Source: Vulcanimicrobiota bacterium (GTDB lineage Bacteria > Vulcanimicrobiota > Vulcanimicrobiia > Vulcanimicrobiales > Vulcanimicrobiaceae). From it: a DNA stretch of 12,785 nt. Numbering within the stretch: position 1 is the first letter of the stretch; every line of letters starts with the position of its first letter. A program made the position numbers and the translations under genes. Below, piece after piece: positions 1-5,998 of the stretch. The notes beneath the pieces were generated by a model. It worked only from the letters and a program-made list of their open reading frames with translations, made no database searches and was not told the DNA's origin. The DNA lies in assembly GCA_003135555.1 (NCBI GenBank), contig PLCF01000039.1, positions 1 through 12,785 of the forward strand. The letters are read 5' to 3'.

Positions 1-383
1 TGCGAGGCGAACTCCAGCAGCTCCGCCGCCTCGGCGAAGCTCACCCAGCGGTGCGCGTCGTGCACGTCTTCGAGCGCCGCCTCGCCGGGCCGGACGTGGG
101 CGACGAAAAACGGGACGTGTACCACGCGGTCGCGCACCGGATCGTAGAACGCATCGAGCTGGCCCGCGGTGAACAGCGTCTCGAGCTCGAGCCCCGTCTC
201 TTCGAGCAGCTCGCGGCGTGCGGCGTCGGTGCCGCGCTCGCCCTCCTCGACGCCGCCCATCACGAACGTCCACGCGCCGGCGAACGCGCCGCGCGCGCGC
301 CGCAGCAGCAACACCTCCGCCGCAGAGCCGGCGCCCCGCAGCACGACGACCGCCACCGCGTCGGCACGGCTATCAGGTTTCAA
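1..383 (-). CDS. Nudix hydrolase (3' end runs off the window; start uncertain: TTG 392, TTG 383 or GTG 356)
   Basis: Not in the ORF track because it has no stop inside the window. Manual minus-strand translation gives ...ADAVAVVVLRGAGSAAEVLLLRRARGAFAGAWTFVMGGVEEGERGTDAARRELLEETGLELETLF...HDAHRWVSFAEAAELLEFAS. This contains a full Nudix box GX5EX7REUXEEXGU at 257..189. Confidence 0.9.
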   Translation of the reverse strand, partial: MKPDSRADAVAVVVLRGAGSAAEVLLLRRARGAFAGAWTFVMGGVEEGERGTDAARRELLEETGLELETLFTAGQLDAFYDPVRDRVVHVPFFVAHVRPGEAALEDVHDAHRWVSFAEAAELLEFAS

Positions 384-388
384 GGCTG

Positions 389-1225
389 TCAAGCAAGGTC
401 TGGAAGGGCACCTTTCAAGTCTTGCGTCAGAAATCCATACGCCTCCAAAAGTTCCAGACGGTCCGGATCATCGCCAAGCGCCTCCGTAAATAGCGCTCGC
501 CCTCTTGCACCGTCAACGAAAACTTCTCGGACGGCGACAATGCCCCGCGCCAGTGGTTCGCGGATGTCTTCGATGCCGGTTAGCGCTTCGAATCGCCGTG
601 TCAGTTCCTCAATATCGAATGCACGAAGCAACAAGAACACATCGCTTGCATCCTTTGCCTTTAGACGGTCCTCACCGCGCTCCACAATCTTCTGCGCTTT
701 GGCAACGAGCAGCGCAGCCGGGCCAGCTACATAGGCTTCCAGGATACGATTCGGATCGACCAGATCTTCGATTTGAAGAAGGTCTTTGTCGTACAGAGCC
801 GCTTCGAGTCCGGGGGTTCGGCGTGCGGCCCGTTGGTTATCTCCAGGCAGGCCGGCGTCGCGTCGACTGCTTCCACTTGCAAATTCTTCGGGAACGAGAA
901 TATCGACCGCGGCGCCGTCAAGAGGCTGTTCATCACTACTTCCCGGCGCCCAGTAAAGTCCCGGCTGCCCAACGCGATGGCTGTATCCGTGTTTCTCTAG
1001 TGTTTCGCGAATCGGTGGAGTCGACTCCAGGATCCGCGGATCCACAGCGATATCTGAGTCAAGCGTAAATGGCAAGAAAGGCGTAATGCCAATTTCTTGA
1101 GTCTGGAGATAGACCGCCTGCGCGCCAACGACTACTACGGCTTCGCGTCTGTAGCCGCCAAGGGCTTCAAGTGCCTGGATGAGATTCCGTCGCGCGACGA
1201 CGTAGCCGTTATTCACGCCATGCAT
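389..1225 (-). CDS. Pol-beta superfamily nucleotidyltransferase, AbiEii/MenT-like putative type IV toxin
   Basis: 278 aa. Motifs VVVGAQA (hG[G/A] loop), T-L-D-S-D (two catalytic Asp, D56/D58), VDILVP (third acidic residue) and C-terminal LLVAKAQK...KAKDASD, similar to the K...KD..D motif of AbiEii-like toxins. Overlaps the upstream gene by 17 nt. GTG at 1216, with GGAG upstream, is an alternative start. Confidence 0.75.
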   Translation of the reverse strand: MHGVNNGYVVARRNLIQALEALGGYRREAVVVVGAQAVYLQTQEIGITPFLPFTLDSDIAVDPRILESTPPIRETLEKHGYSHRVGQPGLYWAPGSSDEQPLDGAAVDILVPEEFASGSSRRDAGLPGDNQRAARRTPGLEAALYDKDLLQIEDLVDPNRILEAYVAGPAALLVAKAQKIVERGEDRLKAKDASDVFLLLRAFDIEELTRRFEALTGIEDIREPLARGIVAVREVFVDGARGRALFTEALGDDPDRLELLEAYGFLTQDLKGALPDLA

Positions 1226-2252
1226 TCTCCGTTTCCCTCATCCACCGGAGTAGTTCTTCCGCCTGCGATAGCTCTCGCCCGCGTCCGGTTAAGAGATCAA
1301 TGGCGACCTGTGTGGGGGCACCGACTATGAGACCGCCACGAATTTCGGTGCGCGCATAGACAACTTCGTCAAATGGAGTGGCTAAGGTTACGTTTGAGCC
1401 GCGTTCACTCTGTCGCAGTCTAAAGGACTCTGCAAATGCACCGATGTCGTCGCAGTAGCAGAGTGCCGTATTCGCGACCGTGTACGGGGCGTAAGACGTA
1501 GCAGCGACGACTCCTGAGAGTACGTATTGTTCTTTTCCTACGCGCAATCTCTTCAGGAAGTGCTCCATTCCGCGAGGGTCTTGGAATCGCTCTTCAGCGG
1601 GACGCCTGTAGTCCTCGCTCCAGCGGCGAAGAACCCCTTCCCAATTGACGGACCTGACGATTCCACGTGCGCCACGCTCAACAAGAGCATCCTTGCTCAA
1701 CAGTTCGAGGTATCGTGATATGTTACCGGGGTCGAGCGCGAGGTTTGACGCAAGTTCACTTACACTATACGGAGGCTTCCGGTCGCATAGGTATCTCAGC
1801 AAACGGCCGGCTTTTTTCCCTCCAAGTCGGCGACTACGCGTAAACAGTTTTTCTTTTGGGGTGTCGGCATCAGAATTGATTGAGATAAACAACGCCGGCG
1901 AATCGAGGCGCCAAGATGCGTTCCCCGCCAAATCGAGATAGTTTATGTCGTGATCGCGTAGATAGCGTTGGGTCCGCAATGAGATGTGTGGCGCTATCAA
2001 GAGACCGGGCTGCCCCGTTAGGGTTAATTCGCGCCATGCGGGCTCCGCCGTGGCGGGTGTTATTTCGGTCTTGAATTCAATCGCCACTTTGCTGGTCGTC
2101 CCGTCAGGCGCCGACAGCTCGAGAAGGGCGTCGAACCTGCGGTCCCCGCGAATATCCCGAAGAGACAACCGCCATTTAGAGGGAAGCGAGCGAGCGATTT
2201 GCCGCTCTGCTTCGAAACGATATTTGCCCCAATAGATTGAATTGCCCAACAT
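1209..2252 (-). CDS. AbiEi-like (AbiEi_2/DUF2186-type) putative type IV antitoxin / transcriptional regulator with N-terminal PD-(D/E)xK-like and central wHTH regions
   Basis: About 347 aa from ATG 2252 (the ORF track starts at TTG 2258). Contains FDALLEL...VAIEFK, NYLDLAGNA, the HTH YSVSELASNLALDPGNISRYLELL, and C-terminal YVLSGVVAA and APTQVAIDLLTGRGRELSQAEEL, which I recognise from this family. Lies directly upstream of, and overlaps, an NTase gene. Confidence 0.72.
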   Translation of the reverse strand: MLGNSIYWGKYRFEAERQIARSLPSKWRLSLRDIRGDRRFDALLELSAPDGTTSKVAIEFKTEITPATAEPAWRELTLTGQPGLLIAPHISLRTQRYLRDHDINYLDLAGNASWRLDSPALFISINSDADTPKEKLFTRSRRLGGKKAGRLLRYLCDRKPPYSVSELASNLALDPGNISRYLELLSKDALVERGARGIVRSVNWEGVLRRWSEDYRRPAEERFQDPRGMEHFLKRLRVGKEQYVLSGVVAATSYAPYTVANTALCYCDDIGAFAESFRLRQSERGSNVTLATPFDEVVYARTEIRGGLIVGAPTQVAIDLLTGRGRELSQAEELLRWMRETENAWRE

Positions 2253-2329
2253 GGGCAATTTAGCTTAAATTGGCAATGTCGTCAAGAAAGGTTGCCATTT
2301 TCAAGCAAATTGCCCAACATGGGCAATTT
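2240..2329. repeat. Two identical 22-bp palindromic direct repeats AATTGCCCA-ACA-TGGGCAATT-T (2240-2261 and 2308-2329); candidate autoregulatory operators
   Basis: Read directly from the sequence. Exact 22-nt duplication with a 68-nt period. Copy 2 extends to 10-bp arms, AAATTGCCCA/TGGGCAATTT (2307-2329). Copy 1 overlaps the ATG of the AbiEi-like gene. Confidence 0.9.
2257..2285 (-). promoter_or_regulatory. Sigma70-type promoter for the AbiEi-like/NTase operon
   Basis: Minus strand TTGACG (2285-2280), 17-nt spacer, TAAATT (2262-2257). The -10 box lies inside the proximal palindrome and ends 4 nt before ATG 2252. There is no Shine-Dalgarno sequence. Confidence 0.55.
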
Positions 2330-2352
2330 TACCCAGCGACGGCTGTCGGGAC

Positions 2353-3435
2353 TCAGCTGGCTTTCGCTCGCGGCTGGGTTTCGGCGCGCAGCTGGCCGCA
2401 CGCGGCCGCGATGTCGCGGCCCATCGGCGTCCGCACCGTCACGCCGACACCGTGCTGCTCGAGGATCTTGGCGAACTCCCAGATGCGGCGCTCCTCAGAA
2501 CCGCGCAACGCCGCGTCGGGCGTGCTGTTGTACGGGATCAGGTTCACGTGGTACAGCGGGCCCTTCATGAGCCGGGCCAGGTCGCGCGCGTGCTCGTCGC
2601 CGTCGTTGACGCCGGCGAGCATCACGTATTCGAAGAATACCTTGCGGTGCGTCTTGTCGATGTAGCGCGCAACGGCGCCCAACAGCGCTTCGGTCGACCA
2701 CTTGCGGTTCACCGGCATGAGCTTCGACCGCGTCGCGTCGGTCGGTGCGTGCAGCGAGATCGCCAAGTTCACCTGCGTGTGCTCGTCCGCGAAGCGGTCG
2801 ATCTTGTCGACCAAGCCGACGGTCGAGATGGTGATGTGACGGTGGCCCAGGCCGAAGCCCTGCGGATCGTTGAGCAGCGCGACGGCGCCCAGGACCTCAT
2901 CGTAGGCGGCGAACGGCTCGCCCATCCCCATGAACACCACGTTGGTGATGCGGCGGCCGGTGCGCGCAAGCTGCTGGGCGAAGTAGCGCGCCTGATCGAA
3001 GATCTCCGTCGCGCTCAGATTGCGCGTGAAACCTGCCTGTCCGGTGGAGCAGAACGTGCACGCATACGCGCAGCCGGCTTGCGACGAGATGCAGACGGTC
3101 GTGCGGCCGCCGTGATGCTCCATGAGGACCGCTTCAACTTCGTTGCCGTCGTGCAGGCGGAACAGACCCTTCGTCGTTTGCCCGTCGCTCGAACGCTGGA
3201 TCACGACCGGCTCGACCGCGTCGAGCGCGAAGCCCGTCGCACCCAGCGCGGTGCGCAGCTCTTTGGGCAGCGTTGTGATCGCCTCGAGGTCGGCGACGAG
3301 TTCCTTGGCCGCGGCGCGGTAGAGCTGGTCGATGCGGTACGGTTTCACACCGTGCGCCGAGGCGAGCGCCGCGCCGTTTTCGTAGCCGGCGCGGCGCGCT
3401 TTCTCGTCGATCCACAGGTCCCGGGCGCGCAGCAT
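2353..3435 (-). CDS. rlmN: 23S rRNA (adenine-2503 C2)/tRNA methyltransferase RlmN (radical SAM)
   Basis: 360 aa. Motifs SSDGQTTK, CISSQAGCAYACTFC (CxxxCxxC), VFMGMGEP, LAISLHA, EYVMLAGVND, VNLIPYN and C-terminal DIAAACGQL. Confidence 0.96.
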   Translation of the reverse strand: MLRARDLWIDEKARRAGYENGAALASAHGVKPYRIDQLYRAAAKELVADLEAITTLPKELRTALGATGFALDAVEPVVIQRSSDGQTTKGLFRLHDGNEVEAVLMEHHGGRTTVCISSQAGCAYACTFCSTGQAGFTRNLSATEIFDQARYFAQQLARTGRRITNVVFMGMGEPFAAYDEVLGAVALLNDPQGFGLGHRHITISTVGLVDKIDRFADEHTQVNLAISLHAPTDATRSKLMPVNRKWSTEALLGAVARYIDKTHRKVFFEYVMLAGVNDGDEHARDLARLMKGPLYHVNLIPYNSTPDAALRGSEERRIWEFAKILEQHGVGVTVRTPMGRDIAAACGQLRAETQPRAKAS

Positions 3436-3443
3436 GACGGGCT

Positions 3444-3452
3444 ATTCTACCA
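3444..3452 (-). promoter_or_regulatory. Extended -10 promoter (TGn-TAGAAT) for a near-leaderless rlmN transcript
   Basis: Minus strand reads TG-G-TAGAAT (3452-3444), then 8 nt (AGCCCGTC), then the rlmN ATG. No SD sequence is present. Confidence 0.5.
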
Positions 3453-3471
3453 CGCCACGCTCGCAGGGGAA

Positions 3472-3969
3472 CTACTGAAGCATGACCTTGTCGATGGTGT
3501 TGACCGAGCCGTTGCCGGCGCGCATGTCGGATTGCAGCAGATGCGCGCCGCCGACGGTCGTGCGCTCGCCGTCGAGGCCGAAAGCGACCTCGCGACCGGC
3601 CGCGTTGCCGATGGAGCCGCCGGTGACCGCGGTATCGCCGTCACGCATGCGGATCAAGTCCTTCACGATGTGGCCGAGCAGCACGGTCTTGAGGCGCACC
3701 GGGTCGCGCAGCAGTGCGTCGCGCTCGGCCGCCGGGAGCTTGGCAAAGGCTTCGTCGGTGGGCGCGTAGACGGTTATCGGGCCCGGGGCCCGCAGCATGT
3801 CGTCGAGACCCGCGGTGTGGACGGCGGCGACGAAGGTGGTCAGATTCTTCTGTTGGGCGGCCAGGTCGAGCACGGTCGCTGCCGGCTGGGCGAAGGCCGG
3901 GGCGGCCAACGCCAGGGCGAAGAGCGAGGCGGCGAGCGATCGGCATGCCGCAATACGGGTAAGGCGCAT
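3472..3969 (-). CDS. Secreted fasciclin (FAS1) domain protein
   Basis: 165 aa. Sec signal peptide ending AAPAFA|QP; LTTFVAAVHTAGLDDML, H1 motif GPITVYAPTDEAFAKLP, LLGHIV and H2 motif NGSVNTIDKVM. GGAGG RBS 8 nt upstream. Confidence 0.92.
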   Translation of the reverse strand: MRLTRIAACRSLAASLFALALAAPAFAQPAATVLDLAAQQKNLTTFVAAVHTAGLDDMLRAPGPITVYAPTDEAFAKLPAAERDALLRDPVRLKTVLLGHIVKDLIRMRDGDTAVTGGSIGNAAGREVAFGLDGERTTVGGAHLLQSDMRAGNGSVNTIDKVMLQ

Positions 3970-3977
3970 GGAACCTT

Positions 3978-3982
3978 CCTCC
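3978..3982 (-). promoter_or_regulatory. Shine-Dalgarno GGAGG of the fasciclin gene
   Basis: Minus strand reads CCC-GGAGG-AAGGTTCC-ATG. Confidence 0.7.
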
Positions 3983-4071
3983 GGGACGGTGTCGGTGCGT
4001 ACGATCGATCGCTACGCCTAATCTACTATTTCCCTAAGAGTTTGTTCCAGCGAGAAAGATTAAATTTTTAG

Positions 4072-4092
4072 GTGTGGCTCTCGGAGCCCCAC
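4072..4092 (-). terminator. Hairpin immediately after the UDG stop codon; possible terminator or RNA-stabilising stem
   Basis: Minus strand GTGGGGCTC-CGA-GAGCCACAC forms a 9-bp stem with one mismatch. It is followed by CTAAAAATTT rather than a clean U-tract, so it is atypical. Confidence 0.35.
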
Positions 4093-4752
4093 TCAGTCGA
4101 ACAGCGAGACCTGCTCGGGCTTCGTTTCCGGTGCCGCCGGCTCGGCCAGGCGCGTGCGGACGGCCTTGAGATCGGCCCACACGAGCTTCTTCACCTCGCT
4201 CATCGCGCCGCCGGTTTGGCGCAGGATGTAGGCCGGATGGAAGGTCGCGATCGTCGGGATCCCCTCGGGCCCCTCGAACCATTGACCGCGCTGCTTGGTG
4301 ATCGAGAACCGCTCCCCCATGAAGGACTTCGCGGCCGGCGCCCCCAGGGCGAGGATGACCCGTGGCCGCACGATCGCGATCTGGGCGTCGAGGTAGGGGC
4401 GGCAATTGCGCATCTCGTCCGGGGTCGGCGGCCGGTTCGCCAGCCGTTGTCCGGTGTCGAGGGTAGGCCGGCACTTGACGGTGTTGCAGATGAACACGTC
4501 CTCGCGCGGCAGATCGATCGAGAGCAGCATCCGGTCGAGCAGCTCGCCGGCGCGGCCTACGAACGGGCGCCCCAGCTTGTCCTCGGTTTCTCCGGGACCC
4601 TCGCCGACGACCATCAGCGTCGCGCACGGGTCGCCCTCGCCGTAGACGGCATTGCGGCGCGTCGCGCCGATTCCGCAGGTTCGGCACCCTGCAACGACGC
4701 CGGCGGCACGATCGAGCTCGCGCTGCCGCCGCGCCCGCTCCTCTAAGCTCAC
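4093..4752 (-). CDS. Uracil-DNA glycosylase, family 4 ([4Fe-4S])
   Basis: 219 aa. CRTC, VGEGPG, GRPFVGRAG, NTVKCRP, NCRPYL and FHPAYILR; four cluster cysteines are present. The GTG start overlaps the upstream stop codon (GTGA). Confidence 0.95.
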   Translation of the reverse strand: MSLEERARRQRELDRAAGVVAGCRTCGIGATRRNAVYGEGDPCATLMVVGEGPGETEDKLGRPFVGRAGELLDRMLLSIDLPREDVFICNTVKCRPTLDTGQRLANRPPTPDEMRNCRPYLDAQIAIVRPRVILALGAPAAKSFMGERFSITKQRGQWFEGPEGIPTIATFHPAYILRQTGGAMSEVKKLVWADLKAVRTRLAEPAAPETKPEQVSLFD

Positions 4753-5105
4753 TGCGCCCGGCCCCGATGCGGCGCCGGCTCGAGCAGCACCGCTTCACCG
4801 AAGGCGAGCACGCGCGTCGCGCCGTCGGGGCCTTCGGAGGCCTGGAACTGCAACCCGATCACGCCGTTGGCGCCCATCCCTTCGGCCTTGCGCAGCAGCA
4901 CCTCGAGCGAATCCGAGCGCGTGCGTTCGGCGTCGGTGAGATACTCGACCGGCGCCAAGCCGATCAGTTGACCGATGCTGCGGAAGGTCTGCTTGAGCAC
5001 GTTGCGCGGCCGGCTGGCCTGGCCGTAGGCATAGCCGAACGAGCGCACCACGCGATAGCCTTCGATGCGCTCGAACGTGGTGACGGCGTCCGGTGCGAGC
5101 GCCAC
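4749..5105 (-). CDS. YbjQ/UPF0145 family (putative heavy-metal-binding) protein
   Basis: Likely start is GTG 5105, overlapping the GT2 stop (TAGTG), giving 118 aa: MALAPDAVTTFERIEGYRVVRSFG...KAEGMGANGVIGLQF...VLAFGEAV. The longer ORF-track version (to 5228) overlaps the GT2 gene. Confidence 0.88.
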   Translation of the reverse strand: MALAPDAVTTFERIEGYRVVRSFGYAYGQASRPRNVLKQTFRSIGQLIGLAPVEYLTDAERTRSDSLEVLLRKAEGMGANGVIGLQFQASEGPDGATRVLAFGEAVLLEPAPHRGRAQ

Positions 5106-5992
5106 TAGCGAAAGAGCCGGCGGCCCAGCACGACGGCGCACGCGACGGCGCCCGCGTAGAGCGCGTACCGCCCGACGAGCGCACCGACGAGGCTGTAGTA
5201 CCACGCGCGCCCGTGGTGCTTGATCCAATACTTGCGCCGCGACGTCTGTTTGCGCTTCTCGACGTCGTACTGACCGCGCGCCGAGCCCATCCCCTCGTGG
5301 ATCGCTTCGCTGGCTGGGACGTACCAGGTCTCCCAGCCCGCGCCGGCGGCGCGTTTGGCGAAGTCCACCTCTTCGTGATACAGAAAGAAGCGCTCGTCGA
5401 ACGGCCCGATCGCGTCGAGCATCGTGCGCCGTATCGCCAGCGCCGCGCCGATCGTTAGATCGACGCGCTGCGGCACGGCGTAGTCGATCTCGCGCAGCCC
5501 GGCGCCGTTGGCCCAGCGACGCAGCACGGGCAGCTCGCCCCAGGCGCTCGAGCGCAAGAACGCTCCCGCCCAGGTATCGAACTCGCCGACGGACTGCTGG
5601 ATCGTGCCGTCATAGTTGTCGATGCGCGACCCGCCGATACCGCAGCGCGGATGCGCATCCATGAACGCCACCATCTCCGCCAGCGCGCGATCCTTGAGCT
5701 CGGCGTCCGGGTTGAGCAAGAATACGTATTCCGCGGACGTCGCCGCGAACGCGCGGTTGCAGGCCGCGGCGAAGCCCAGGTTCGCGCCGTTCTCGACGAT
5801 TTGCACGCGGCCGCCGTAGCGCTCGGCGATGAACGCGCGCGAACCGTCGCTCGACCCGTTGTCGGAGACGACGACGTGTGCGAACTCCGGGTCGTGCCGG
5901 AGCTCGGTCAGCGCGAACACCGAATCGAGCGCGATCGCGATCTTGGATTTGTCGTTCCAGCAGACGACAACGACATCCACCCGACTAGGCAC
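5105..5992 (-). CDS. Glycosyltransferase family 2 (WbbL/rhamnosyltransferase-like)
   Basis: 295 aa. VDVVVVCWN, VSDNGSSDGS, NLGFAAACN, LLNPDA (DxD-equivalent), FDERFFLYHEEVDF and a C-terminal hydrophobic segment. Starts 6 nt after the prfB stop. Confidence 0.92.
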   Translation of the reverse strand: MPSRVDVVVVCWNDKSKIAIALDSVFALTELRHDPEFAHVVVSDNGSSDGSRAFIAERYGGRVQIVENGANLGFAAACNRAFAATSAEYVFLLNPDAELKDRALAEMVAFMDAHPRCGIGGSRIDNYDGTIQQSVGEFDTWAGAFLRSSAWGELPVLRRWANGAGLREIDYAVPQRVDLTIGAALAIRRTMLDAIGPFDERFFLYHEEVDFAKRAAGAGWETWYVPASEAIHEGMGSARGQYDVEKRKQTSRRKYWIKHHGRAWYYSLVGALVGRYALYAGAVACAVVLGRRLFR

Positions 5993-5998
5993 GGATCG

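Larger units (their letters stand above)
384..2347. other. Lower-GC accessory island (two-gene TA/Abi-like module) between rlmN and the Nudix gene
   Basis: Spot counts: 1801-1860 is 30/60 G+C and 2221-2280 is 23/60, versus 48/60 for flank line 241-300. A/T-ending codons are frequent. No integrase or transposase is visible. Boundaries are approximate. Confidence 0.7.

Noticed and set aside
370..392. Perfect TTGACA (-35) on the minus strand at 392-387
   Set aside because: No -10-like hexamer lies 16-18 nt downstream (CCGTGC at 17 nt).
2240..2329. Repeat-spacer-repeat (22-46-22 nt) as a mini-CRISPR array or type III TA antitoxin RNA
   Set aside because: There are only two copies and no cas genes in the window. 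One copy contains the start codon, and the 'spacer' holds further TTGCC/GGCAA boxes plus the -35 element, which fits an operator better.
2307..2329. Distal palindrome as an intrinsic terminator for rlmN
   Set aside because: The stem is AT-rich with no separate U-tract after it, and an identical copy at the next gene's start argues for a protein-binding site. A secondary attenuating role is not excluded.
2353..3435. Cfr-type resistance methyltransferase
   Set aside because: Housekeeping context, host-like GC and typical RlmN motifs; nothing specifically supports Cfr.
2452..4071. 539-aa + strand ORF and other long antisense ORFs (51..734, 4072..4746, 5651..6523, 9281..10264, 11136..12269)
   Set aside because: These are shadow ORFs opposite well-supported genes, expected in high-GC DNA, and show no recognisable motifs.
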